Assembly: GCA_010356995.1 (NCBI GenBank)
Contig: ML996708.1
Coordinates: 248,001 to 312,000, forward strand
Direction: 5' to 3'
DNA length: 64,000 nucleotides
DNA from: Trichodelitschia bisporula
Taxonomy: Eukaryota
The position numbers and the translations under genes are program-made. The first letter of the stretch is position 1, and each line of letters begins with the position of its first letter. Below, in pieces: positions 10,682 to 23,769 of this stretch. Under the pieces are notes generated by a model that was not told the DNA's origin, ran no database searches, and was given only the letters and a program-made list of their open reading frames with translations.

Positions 10682-13600
10682 ATGCAAACATGGCACCGAA
10701 CAATGGCTTCACCTGCTGTATGAAACTCCCTAAAGCTTTTCGTCTCAAGCTAACCGCCGTAGCAGACCTGCAGGAGGTACGCGGTATGGGCCGGTCGCAA
10801 GCTTGGAGGAGCACGCACTGTGCAAAGAGCTCTCGCACCGCCATTCTTCGCGATTCGTCGTCTCTCCGAGAAAACAATAGACAGCCCTCATGTTGAAGGC
10901 CTGAGGCGCCCACCGCCACCACCGTCCACAGCTGAGGTCAACCTGCCGCTGCGCAATCGCGGACACTATTCACGAACCCCAAACTACCCCGCAAGGGAGA
11001 GCTACCCCGCCCTACCGAGCGAATTATTCCAGAAGCCACTGGACGTTGAAAATGCCCAGAAGATTGCCGAATGGTTTAGTCGCGAAATCGCCCTCTTGCC
11101 GACAGAAGAGCAGGTCCATCGGCCGCATGGCCCCCTCTGGCGCCACAAGCTCGTCGCGCAATGGGGAGACACAGAGTTCCGAGCAATTGGGGAGGATGCG
11201 TCAAAAGAGCATGCACAAGCAGCAGCCTTGATGCATCTTATCCTCCAGTTACACTCTCACAATCTTCTCTCACGCCTGAGGCTTTCCGACAGCCGCGTCC
11301 ATGCAGGCCCCGAACTCTTGGGCCAACTTACGTTACAGGAAAGATTTTCAAAACTACACGTGTACAATTACGCCGCGAGGTTCGGACTGCTTCCACAGGT
11401 CTCCTACTACCGGGCTAGAAATAGCGGAGTCGGGTTTACGTGGACGATTGCGCTCCCAGAGCACGATATACTCGCGACAGCGTCTGCCCGCGAGATGAAT
11501 GATGCAGAATTGCTGGCATGTATAAAGTTTAAGCGCGAGGCCGAAGCGAGATGGCAGCGGCTCGGGCTTCCGGCACTTCAACTTAGTGATGGGATCTCCG
11601 TTGGCTTGCACAATGCCGCCAAACTTATCGGCTATTGGGAATCCCTGCAGGGCGGCGTTACCATCAAGTTTAAAGCCACGCGCCTCTACGCGAAGTTCGA
11701 GAGCAAGTTGCCCCGTTGGAGGGTGTCTCCTATATGGCGGAAAGAACGGCTCTCAATCCCGCTCGACTGCGACGTCGGTTCTGCAACGCTTGGGCAGGCG
11801 AAGTGTATCGCCGAGATCATCACTGCAGTCGCCCTGACGCAGATGAATCCTGACCTGCTTGAGCGCTTCGAAGCAGCCTTGCAAGTCAACGGCGGCAATC
11901 TTCCAATCCGTGCCCCCCCTATTAAACTCGTCATTCCTGATGGAGGCGTTTCCCTCCAGAATGCCGTGGAGATGCTTGAAGCCTCACACTTGCTGCACAT
12001 GGACGTCACAGAGTTGGGCGGGTACGACGAACCGCGCGTGGACGTGCCACTACACGAAAACAGTATCCTCTTTGCCATCAATATGCGAGAATTCATGCAT
12101 ACCACGCAGCGGAGCGCGCAGAGCCGGAGCGAGGAACTCCTCCTGCGGCATATACCAGCGCAGAACTCCGGCCGTCGGAGAACACTCCCGGTGAACAGAT
12201 TCCAGGATGAAATTCTGGCACTGGTTGAAGAGAATCCTATCTCCATAATTACCGGCTCCACGGGCAGCGGCAAGAGCACGCAGATCCCCCAAATCATCCT
12301 AGAAGATGCCATTCGCCGTGGACGCGGAGCCTCGTGCAACATCATTTGCACCCAGCCGCGGCGGATCGCAGCGGCCAGCCTGGCACAGCACGTGGCCGAC
12401 GAGCGAGGCGAGGCGTTGGGCGAGGTTGTCGGATATCACGTTGGCGGCGAGAGCGCGGAATGCCATTATGGCGGCAGTATCACTTATTGCACCGCCGAGA
12501 TTCTTGTTCTCCAGCTCGAACTTGGTCTGGAGCAGGTTCTCAATGGCGTGTCCCATATCATCGTTGACGAGGTCCATGAGCGGGACCAGCCCACAGAGCG
12601 GCTACTTGCTACCCTTCGGATGGCCTTTGCATACCATATGAGCCAGGGAAAGCCGGTGCCCAGGCTCATTCTCATGACGGCTACCCTGGACATCGATCTT
12701 TTTGAGCGGTACTATCAGCAACGCCTCCCCGACGGCAGCCTTGCTAATCCCGCTACGCTACAAGTACCCGGCGGTACGTTTGAAATCAAGAACAAGTACC
12801 TGAGTGACCTGATTACGGAATTTGACCAACAGCTTCCTCGCTTACAGGTCGCGGAGATCCTCGGCTCTGGGCAAACCTTGCAGCTGATCAACACCGAGGC
12901 AGCGCATGTCCCCGGTGCACTAATCCCCAAGCACCAACCGCTGATCGACTGGCAAATTCCGGGTGAAGCCAACTCCATCAAAAACCACTGGGTCATGTCC
13001 GCACCCCTGATTGCTGCTACCATTGCGCACCTCATGGCCAACACCGAGTCTGGCGCTGTCCTAGTGTTTGTGCCCGGCTGGCGGGAGATCAAAGACGTTG
13101 AGGACGAGTTGCGCACCAGGCGCTGGTCGTCGATCGATTTCAATGACCCTGAAAGGTTCAAAATCGTGCTACTGCACTCACTGTTTCCCTCAGGGCTAAC
13201 AGAAGCCACTGATCCAGTTCCGGAAGGCTGCCGTCGCATCCTGATTGCTACTGACATCGCCGAGACCTCTCTCACGTTTCCCGACATCAAATACGTCATC
13301 GACAGCGGGAAGCGACGAAGCCCAGAATATGATGCGCTTAGCTCCGTCAATAAGCTGTACCGAACGTGGGTGAGCAAGGCCAGCGCCACGCAGCGCGCGG
13401 GTAGAGCTGGCCGTGTGAAATCTGGAGAATACTACGCTCTGTTCTCAGAGCAACGCCATCGATCCATGGCCCCGTTTCGTCCTCCTGAAGCAATGACTCC
13501 GGAAGCCATTCAGAGGGTGATTCTACGCGTACGCCTACATTTTCCCACCATCCCCGTCGAGAAATACTTTTCAAACTGGCTCGAGCCCCCACCCCAGCTG

Positions 13601-14704
13601 CAGCTCGACACAGCCCTCCGGCGGCTCCAGGATGAGGACGTTCTGACGGAGCATGGTGAGGTCACGCCCTTTGGCCGTCTTGTTGCACGGCTGGGAACAT
13701 CGCCCTCTATGGCGCGCATGATTCTCCTTGGCGTCGTCTTCCAGTGTCTGGATCCCATTCTTGTGATTGCTGCAATGGCCCTCCACAACGTTCCCCTTTT
13801 CACTCACCCCGATTCGGCCGTCGCTGCCATGCAGCATCGCAACCTCCGCCTCACGTTATCCGAAGGTGCACGCAGCGACCACATCGCCCTGCTAAACGCC
13901 TATCGCACTATGACGCGCAGAGAGCGAACTCACGGCACCGACGCCGCATGCGACTGGGCCGCCGCCAACGACGTCAGTCTCATCCATTATAAGAGTGTCA
14001 GTGTAGGAGCCAGACGTCTAAGCAAGGTGCTTGCTCAGTACGGGCTCATTCCTGACCACCGTATGGACATGGCCAACTTGCGCTCAGAGAACACCGCTTT
14101 GTTGACTGCGCTTATCTGCGCGGGCTTAGCCCCGAATATCGCGGCGCATGCCTCGTCCTACCGTTTCCTCACCAAGGGTGGCCTCCATGCGGAAGTGCCA
14201 CATGAGAGTTTGCTGAGACCGCAAGAATGGCGCGCTGGGACATGGATGCCGAACCCACTCAAAGGTACTCTTTGTGTGTACTCAGGAATCCATCAAGCGA
14301 CGGATCCTCTAGAGGGAAATGATTTTACTCTGCTCAGGGATGTGACTCCGGTCAGCGAGCTGGCTGTTGCGCTGTTTGGTGGTCCGCTGAATGTTGCTGA
14401 CGGAGACCTGCTTGTTGACGGATGGCTCCCGCTCCGCACCTCAGGAAGCGATGAGGCTGTACACCAAATCGCCAAATTTAGGGAGCTGTGGGATTCTGCG
14501 CTGGCTACGACTTTCAAAGGACTAGCGGTCGGCATTGGGAGCGATGCGTCCAGGGAAGTAAAAAGGGAGATTGCTGCGCTTGAGGATGTCGTGCAGGCTG
14601 TCGTGAGTTTGCTGGACCAGGACGAGCGAGCGAGGTTGGAAAGGGCAGCGGCTCTGCTCCCGCGCCGGGAGCTGGAGTCGAGCAACGTAGAAGATACGTC
14701 GTAG
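10682..14704 (+). CDS. DEAH-box RNA helicase (DHX30/DHX36-like, RHA family), probably mitochondrial; exons 10682-10717, 10763-14704
   Basis: GSTGSGKST, TQPRRIAA, DEVHER, DIAETSLT, QRAGRAGR, HA2-like region (SDHIALLNAY); intron GTATGA..GCTAAC..TAG joins an upstream ATG in frame; Arg-rich N-terminus without acidic residues. Confidence 0.85.
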
Positions 14705-15048
14705 ATAGGATACGGAAACTGTGTTGGTTAGCATTGTACATAGCTTGAGCTTCTACTATAAGACTGGCCTGAAATTCAGATACCCTCCCCTCGCATACGC
14801 TGGCCCCTGAGGCCTGAGGTTCCCGATGGTGGTAGCCACTCGAAATAAAATATTTGCCGCCCTATCCGGGTAGCTTTGCTGCTTGAGACAGCCACAACAT
14901 TTTCGGGTGGCACTTGGACCCATGCTGTTCCTCAGCCAATACGCCAAGAGCATTGTTTGTTTGTGCGGTCGAATACGGGGTACGGCACACCTTAAACCCT
15001 TCCAACATCCGCGTAACAAACATCTTCGCTCCTCTACTGCTATCAGCC

Positions 15049-17187
15049 ATGGATTCTCCTAGCAAAACATCGACTTCGCTCTTCGAAGTTTACCTGCGCC
15101 TCCGCCCATCAGTCAGTTCTGTTGCGGATCGGTTTTTGGATGTCGAAGCAGAAGAGGACTTCCCACGCCACATCACCATCAAGCCGCCGTTGACCGACCA
15201 CCGGAAGCGCGCTGTTGAGCGGTTCGCGTTCACAAGAGTTTTTGAAGAGGATGCTGCGCAGCTGGACCTTTTTGAAGGCGTGGGAGCACTGCCTCTGATC
15301 CAGGGAGTAGTCGGTGCCGATGGTCGAGAGGGGCGTGATGGATTGTTGGCGACTTTGGGTGTTACTGGTTCTGGAAAGGTACTTATTGTCAATATCAAGC
15401 GGAATTAACTAACACCGGCAGAGTCACACCATTCTTGGATCGAAATCGCAGCGTGGCCTTACGCAGATGATGTTGGACGTGCTTTTCCAGAGCATTGCCG
15501 ACAATATCGTGTCGTACAGCTCTGCTGCTTTTGCCTATGACTCCCTGGCTCGCTCAGACGTGTCAGAGGCCCATATGCTTCCTGCGTCCACGTTCTTAGA
15601 TCAGCTCTATGGCGACAGCCACTCTATGAGGGGAAGCTGTTCTCGAGCCCAGACGCCGATGCCGGTATGCACCACGCTCCTAACCTTTAAACCGACTCAA
15701 TCTAAAAGGGGTCGCAGGAAACTTCATTCATGAGCGTAGCGACTTCAAAGCAGAAGATTCCGCGTCCATCCTGCCTTCCCCAAGCGCCTGATATGACGGG
15801 CTTCGAAGTCCCCATTGATAGTCGTTCTGAATACGCGGTCGTCATATCCATGTACGAGGTCTACAATGACCGAATTTATGACCTTCTTGCTGGGACTACT
15901 CCGAGCATGAAGCACAACGCCCAGAGGAGAAGGCCACTGCTGTTCAAGAGCACCGAGCTGAGCCCGGACCGCAAAGTGGTCGCTGGCTTGAAAAAGATTG
16001 TATGCTTTAGTCTTGAAGAAGCCGTGATGGTTCTCGAAACCGGCCTTACAGAGCGGCGCGTTGCCGGTACAGGAAGCAATGCCGTGAGTTCAAGGAGTCA
16101 CGGCTTCTTCTGCCTTGAAATCAAAAAGCGGGACCGAGTGACCAAGGACTCGTGGAAGAGCGGAGCACTCACAGTGGTGGACCTCGCAGGTATATATCTG
16201 TACTTCTTGCTTGCCCCCTTGCTGACTGTCAAAGGCTCTGAACGCGCAAGACAGGCAAAAACTGCCGGAGCAACACTTGCCGAGGCTGGCAAGATCAACG
16301 AGAGTCTGATGTATCTTGGCCAGTGCATGCAAATGCAAAGTGACAATCAGGACAGCAACAAGGTGAGCTATGGCTTAGAATCTGAGCTGCTTGAGACTAA
16401 CTCTCCCAAGTCCAACATTGTCCCGTTTCGTCAGTGCAAGCTCACCGAGCTTCTCTTTTCCAACTCATATCCCTCCTCCTCTGCTGCCTCATTTAACCAC
16501 CATCACGCCCACCGCCAACCCCAAAAAGCCATCATGATTGTGACGGCAGATCCATTGGGCGACTTCAACGCCACATCCCAGATCTTACGTTACTCTGCTC
16601 TGGCGCGCGAAGTGACGGTACCACGCATTCCTTCTACGACGAGCACTATTCTCGCAGGGCCCACCTCGACTCGCGTAGAGTATCCAGATCTCACAGGAAG
16701 CGCTAATGCTGCTGAGCTAGAGGCGGCACAACGCGAGATCCAGCGCCTGACTGAGGAAGTGGATGTGTTGACGCTCATGCTCGCGGAAGAAAAGACACGC
16801 CGGGAAGAGGTTGAAGATAGTTGGCGCGCGAGTGAGGAGCGTCTGGTTTCCATGGAGCAGGATATTCGCGACGAATGCTTCGAGGAGATGGACGCCCGAC
16901 TGGAGGCCGAGAGGCGTCGGTGGAAGTCGGCATGGGACGAGGAGGCTGACAAGAATGACGAGCGCATGGACCGTAAGCTTGAGATCCTGGCCAAGGGCAT
17001 CCGGATCTACGAGGACCCTGACCCAGGTCTAGAGGGGCGAGTCTGTGAGCTAGAGAGTGAGAATGAGGCGCTGCGGCGAAAGATAGACATGTTGGAGCGG
17101 GAAGCACAGCTGAAAAGCCCAAGCAAGAAGCAGCGGATCCTGAAGGCTAAGAAGTGGGAAGCGGAGGCGGGCCTTAAGAGCCCCTGA
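15049..17187 (+). CDS. Kinesin, likely kinesin-6 (Klp9/MKLP-like); several introns
   Basis: FEVYLRLRP, P-loop GVTGSGK|S, EVYNDRIYDLL, SSRSH, DLAG|SER, INESLMYLGQC, VPFRQCKLTELLF, C-terminal coiled coil. Confidence 0.9.
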
Positions 17188-18319
17188 TTCACTTTGTCAA
17201 CGGTCAGACTGATGATATCACGAATAATGACCTTGGGGAGTTGGGGGAGTCCTGGATACCTGGATGTAATATTGCGAGAGCGCTTGACGGACTGCTTCGT
17301 TGGTTTGTTGACTTTCCATGGGACTCTAGTTCTAGAGTCCAGACACTTCCTGGCTGATGTTATGAGCGTTTTCCCTCTCGTGAATTTGGCACCGACTCTC
17401 GAGGTGATACAGCTGGCCGTGCTTACAGATAACTGTGTGCGAACATGCCTAAACCCGACATGGTGACTAGAACTAGTTCTACTTGCTCCCAATCCTGCGG
17501 CGGAAGTTGGAGGAGCTGAGGTTAGGTTGATAAGAGCGGGGACCTGCAGTGGCTCCAGCCTTCGAACAACATTGTACCCTACATTAATTGCCAAGTGCAA
17601 CAACCTCTCACGGCCTCTCCACAACGCGGCTGACAGTCTAAAACCTCCCCGCGATGGCCTCGTGCGTTGGTTCTTCCGGAGAATGATGCGGCGTGGCGCA
17701 AATTGCCACCACTTGAGAGGTAACGTCAGATTATAGCGTCCCCGCACTGTTAAAATTACAATCAGTCTGTCCCGCAAACCCGCACCTGGTTGGTGTCAGC
17801 TTTCTTCCTTCCTTCGCTCAGCGATGGAGCCATGGCCGATCATAAGTAGGCGCTCCAAGTCCTAGTGGCCCGAGATGAAGCGGAGACAGAGGGGTACCAT
17901 CCGACGATGGTGGTGTAACCCTACTGTACTATGCGGTTCCTTTCCCTTGCATCCCCATCAACCACCCCCACCCCCTTCATCATCCTAAAGGTGATCCCAT
18001 GCCAGTCTCCACTTCGGCTTATCCTTAACCAGACCCAGTGGTTTAGAATGCCCCCGGCCCCAGCTGCAGGACTTCTTCAACGAACAGCCAGCGTTACAGC
18101 GTAATGTGACTACCGATTCCTCACTACACCACACGCCTTACCCACACACTGCTGTCTATTATCGAATGGGGCTAGGTTCCGTTGTAGTTTGCTCCCCTCC
18201 CCCCCCTCCAAATCTCACGCGCCAGACGCGTGACTAGCGAGACGCCCATACGAGGAGCCCGTCTCCACAAGCATTCGTTATTGGCCATTGCCGGTTAATT
18301 CTTCGGATATCGTGCCAGA

Positions 18320-21300
18320 ATGGTCGCTGCGGCTGCGGCATCGGGGGAGAAGATGAAGTTAGGCGGGGAATGGGACGATCTCGACAGGTGAGTGGCTTGG
18401 TGTATTGCTTGATCTTCTGCGCATTAGGAAGCTGAACAGTGCCCATGACAGGACGCTGGTGCGCATCCCCCACTGCTTCATGCATTGATGTACCCCCACG
18501 ATGGGCGTGTTCGCTGACATCGGTCCTTGAACCAGGGCCAGCTGTTTATGATGGGGTTCGATGGGACCACGGTGACCCCGCAGATCAGACAGCTTATCCA
18601 GGAGCACCATATAGGCTCCATATTACTGACCGCGAAAAATCTAAAATGTGGGGCAAGAACCATGTCGACGCATCTGGCGTCATTTCTTGAAACCAGATCT
18701 TAGTGCTGATGAATATATTGTACCTGCAGCCGCTGAAGACACTACCCAGCTCGTCTACGAACTCCAGAAAACAGCACACGAAGCCGGCCATCCAGTACCA
18801 CTGACCATCGCCCTCGACCAAGAAAATGGCGGAGTCAACAGCCTCTTCGACGAGATATACATCCGCCAGTACCCCAGCGCCATGGGGATTACGGCTACCG
18901 GGTCCAAAGACCTTGCATTCGAGGTGGCCAAGGCGACCGCCGAAGAAATCGGAGCTTGCGGCATCAACCTCATTATGGGACCGTGTCTGGATGTGCTAAC
19001 AAACGCGAGAAACCAGCCGCTCGGCGTGCGGGCTATGGGAGACGACCCGCAGGAGGTGTCCGACTACGGGCTCGCCTTCATGGACGGCTACAAGGCTGGC
19101 GGCCTCGCGACGCTCGGCAAGCATTTCCCATCATATGGCAATCTGGAGTTTCTAGGTTCAGCACTCGACGTGCCCATCATAACTGAGTCCCTGGAACAAC
19201 TCAGCCTCAGCGCTCTGATACCTTTCCGAAACGCAATCCACCAGGGCCTGGATTCGATGATGGTGGGTGGCTGCGCCATGTCTTCCGAAGGCCTCGACAT
19301 CATGCACGCTTGTCTGTCGAATCAAGTGGTGGACGGGTTGCTGCGGTCCGACCTGAAGTTTGACGGAGTCGTCATCTCGGAATGCCTTGAGATGGAAGCG
19401 CTCAGCCACAACATCGGAGTGGGAGGCGGCACCGTCATGGCTGTAAATGCTGGGTGCGACATGGTCCTCCTGTGTCGGTCATTTTCGGTCCAGCAGGACG
19501 CCATTGCCGGCCTCAAATCGGGAATCAAGAGCTCCATGATCACTGTTTCTAGAATACGAGACTCTCTACGAAGAGTCCTTACAATGAAGGCGAAGTCTAC
19601 ATCGTGGGAAAAAGCACTCAACCCACCCGGCATCAGCTTGCTTTCATCTCTTCAGCCGTCGCACACGGAGCTCTCGAAGCGGGCTTATAACAGCTCCATT
19701 ACTGTCGTGCGGGACAAGAGCCACCTACTGCCGCTCTCCAACACCATCGGACCGGACGAGGAGTTACTACTCCTTACCCCCCTCGTAAAGCCCCTCGCAG
19801 CATCGGCAGCAGCAAAGGCCGTCATCGAATCCATGGCCGCCGGATCACCGGAACCCGCGACGTGGGAGCGCAGCGCCTCGGTCATGAGTGGCGAGCGTGT
19901 CTTCCGCGAGCTGGGACAGTCGCTCACTAGGCAGCGTAACGGACGCGTCCTGCATACGTCGTACACAGCCAACGGTGTCCGGCCGCTTCACGAAAATCTC
20001 ATCAACCGGGCGAGCGCCGTCATTGTTCTTACAGCCGACGCTAACCGCAACATGTACCAGCAAGGATTTACGAAGCATGTGGCCATGATTTGCAATATGA
20101 ACTTTACGGCTGGGGGAGAGAAGAAACAAAAGCCCTTTATCGTTGTAGCCGTCAGCTCTCCCTACGACTTTGCACTCGATCCCACAGTCGGCACGTACAT
20201 CTGCACCTACGACTTCACCGAGACGGCACTCACCTCCCTAGTCAAGGTGCTCTATGGCGAGATCAATCCGACGGGAACGTTGCCAGGAACCATCAGCCAA
20301 GGCCAAAAGCTTCATCAACGCGGCCAGCACTGGCTCGTCGAAACATACAATGAAGAGCGCGATGCCCACGCGCTCGACAACCTCATCCGTGCCGTCGTGT
20401 CCGATACGCCACCCAACTACCGCTGCGAGCTCTCAGGAGCATCATCAAATACGCTCACACTCCACCATTCCGATGTGCTCGAAGCTCACTTTGTAGTCCG
20501 TAACAGCAGCACACATGCCCTATACGGCTTCTGCTCCACCTACTTCTTCAAAACAACGGGCACCGGCGTTATCGGAGCCCTCTTCGTCGACCCGACGCGC
20601 CGCAAACTCTCCATTGGCCGATCGTTACACAACCGCGCCATAAGAACGCTCCTGCAACGCGAGGGTGCCAAGCGTTTCCAGCTCGGTTCGCGCCTTCCCA
20701 GCATCTTTCTCGGCATCCCAACGGGACACGAACGCAGACGCCTGCGCAGCTGGTTCGCCAACATGGGCTGGAACACGGCGCTTTCACGGCCCGTGTGCAG
20801 CATGGTGGCACGCAACTTGAGCTACTGGACGCCGCCAGAGGAAATGTCGAAAGGGGTCAGCAGTGCCACAGGGAGTGCTGGGTTCGAGTTCGACCTCGTC
20901 TACGGGTGGCTGCTTGGGGCTGGAGTGCTCGACCACGTCCGGACGAGCAACCGCCAGGGCCTGGCCGAGGTGTACAAGGTTGCGCTTGACGACATGGCGG
21001 GCTCGGGTGTCATTCGAGCCAAGCGGCAGGAAGATGGTGCGCTCGTTGGAACGGTGGTGGTGTATTACGGCGTGGGCTCTGCGCTGGCCGAGTTTGTACC
21101 GGCAGTGCGCAGTCTCGATGAGGGCAACCAGGGTCCTGTGGGGGGCATCTCATCACCCGTGATTTCACCAGCCGTGGGGGAGTATTCGGCCTTACTACAA
21201 GCACTGATACTGCTGGCTGTGAAACAGATCAAGCAGCGGGGATGCAACGCCTGTGTCCTCGACTACGTACGTTTTAGCCCCTATGCCCCCCCCCACTCTT

Positions 21301-21442
21301 GTGGCGGAGCACTGACTTTCATGCATAGATGGACGGAGACGGCAATTTTGACGGACTGTCCGCCATGGGATTCGACGTCCTGAACACGTTTGAGGAAACA
21401 TCGTCGAATGCGGAGACATGGTCGATGGTGCCTCCGTCTTAG
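18320..21442 (+). CDS. ngs1: GH3 beta-N-acetylglucosaminidase-like domain fused to GNAT; GlcNAc sensor Ngs1/Nag3; exons 18320-18387, 18452-18458, 18536-18647, 18730-21266, 21329-21442
   Basis: GQLFMMGFDG, IALDQENGGV, KHFPSYG, NAGCDMVL; C-terminal GNAT motif A (LFVDPTRRKLSIGRSL); next to Ndt80, hexokinase and MFS genes. Confidence 0.9.
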
Positions 21443-23189
21443 TATCCTCGGACCTACCTAAAGCGGTTACAGTGCGATTGACTATGACGCGAGGATTCGA
21501 GGTTCCCTTCCGACTTGGGAAACCAGTTCGTGCTCCGGGCGTCTCCGCGCTGCAGATGTCACGCAGCCCGATATGAGCTACGCCCCTTGATTTGGAGGCT
21601 GAAATTTAAGACAATTTCCAGAACAAAAAAAGGATAGAGAAGTGTGGGGGCCTGGCTTCTGGAAAGGTTCGATACGAGGTGGGGCGCGTGCGGCTGAAGG
21701 GAGATGTCGGGCCAAAGAGAAAGGATCATTGGACGCGGAGTTGAGGCGTTTTGCATGCAGCCCTGCGCGATCAAGACTGCATCCCGAATCTGGTGGCGGG
21801 TGGCGGCTTTTGCTTCTTCGTTGGTTACTCGTCATGACGGGCGTCGGGTCGGATAACTATTCTTTTCGGATCAGGTTGCCAATCTGCTGTGGTTTTTGAC
21901 AGCTCGCACATAATCTCGTGTGCATGTGAGGAAGACGTTCACACTAGGACTACAGTAGTTGTGGCTACAGTTAGTCCACCCCATTCGTTGGCATCCTTCT
22001 CACTCGTTGATTGGACTCGACCGCAGTGTCGACTGGGTAGAACTTCAACCCCGCACTCGCGGACTATTTTGCCGGCGAAGTCAAAACTTGAGCCTTGAAC
22101 GTTCGGAGAATCTCCAGGGGATGGCAGGGGGGGGTGCGGACGATGTGCGGGTGCGCGCGGGGCGGAACGGTCAATTAGGTGATGCAGGACATGGGGAGGG
22201 GGGAGAGAGGCTTTTTCTTGGCCTTGGGGGCCTGGTGCTCCCAGCCGCATTGATACCCCCGCAGACCAAGCTTCAACGGCCTTGCCGAGTGCGATGCTTG
22301 CGCGCGCTACGAAAGTACGGTACCGTATGGCAGACCTGGGCGATATGATGTTCCGCACTGTTCTCAGAGAGCCGGAGCGGCGGGGGCGAGGATGACGGCG
22401 AAGGGTTGAGGTGGAGGCGGAGGCTGATGATGTTGTAAGCCATCGCCTCATGGTTGGCGTTTATATTCGGCGGACTCCGATGTCATCAGTAAGATGTGAT
22501 AAATCAGTATGGGATAGTAAAAATGCTGTCACCGTCCTTTTTTGCCTCAACGGAGGTGTGAAGAGAATGCGAAAGGTGGCGCTTGTGGCTTCGTGGCTAA
22601 GCCGAAGATGTTTAGATCTCCGGACGCCACCGATGCGGGAAGGGAACGGCGAGCAGGGGCCTTGAAGAGGTTGTAGCTCTGGGGCGGCTCCGGGTTGGCT
22701 CCCTTCCTTCCTTCCTTCCTTCCTCACTTCAAGCAAGGACTGGGTTACGACTTCCACTCCTTCACGGGTTGCTTGCCGGTCTTGTGTTCTCTTCTGCGCC
22801 CATCTGCGCCTTCCACACCCTTAGAAGCTTTCCAGAAGACGCGTGGAAAGAAGCGGGCGAACGGGCCTGAACAACCACATGTCACCCCACCCCCACCTGC
22901 CACCAGGGGTAATTTATCCCCACATAACCCCCTCCCTCCCTCCTTCGCTCTCCCGTCTCTCCGTCCTGGCTGTGGGGATGGCTAAGATGAGGGGAAAGAG
23001 CACTAGAGAGAGCCGGGATGGGGAGAAGCAATGGGGAAGAGCGATCAAGAAAAGGCATACAAGTAGAGAACGGGAATTTGGAAGGGACGACTCGACGAGG
23101 GTTCGATCCCGAAGTATTCCCTGCCTGTTGCCATTTGGGGCAACAACCCCCCGCTGACGCTTACACCCGGCTGTGCCTGTCAGTTGCTC

Positions 23190-23396
23190 TTTCTCTCTCT
23201 CTCTCTCTCTCTCTACTCTCTCTCTCTCTACTCTCTCTACTCTCTCTACTCTCTCTACTCTCTCTCTCTACTCTCTCTACTCTCTCTACTCTCTCTACTC
23301 TCTCTACTCTCTCTACTCTCTCTACTCTCTCTACTCTCTCTACTCTCTCTACTCTCTACTCTCTCTACTCACTCTACTCACTCTCTCTACTCTCTC
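23190..23396. repeat. (CT)n followed by a (CTCTCTACT)n tandem array
   Basis: Directly visible 9-bp tandem repeat of about 200 bp. Confidence 0.95.
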
Positions 23397-23735
23397 ACCC
23401 ACCTCCCTTCATTCCTTCCTTCCATCCTTTCCGGCCTTTGCCTTGCTCTTCCCCCATGCTCTATCTCGCCTTCTCTCTCACTCCCTCTCGTGGGGCCCTC
23501 AGTGCTAATCGCTCCTACTGCTCACCTACCACAGTACCCCATCTATCCATCCATCGTCATCCCCTCATCATCTACAACCTCCCTATCCCCCAAATAAGTA
23601 GATATCTCTCCCCTCGGCGTACTCCGATATGCTCACCATCTCTCTCCACACTGTGTATCGCTTTGCTCGCCTCCATCTCACCCCCCCTCCCCACATCTGA
23701 CCGCCCCAACCAAAGCCATACCCACCCTCTCCCCC

Positions 23736-23736
<1 letters not shown>

Positions 23737-23767
<31 letters not shown>
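23737..23767. repeat. Poly-C tract (31 nt)
   Basis: Directly visible. Confidence 0.95.

Positions 23768-23769
<2 letters not shown>

Noticed and set aside
10657..10896. Frameshifted 5' end of the helicase (pseudogene)
   Set aside because: A canonical intron at 10718-10762 gives an intact in-frame start
23190..23396. Tandem array as a CRISPR
   Set aside because: No spacers; simple repeat in a eukaryote
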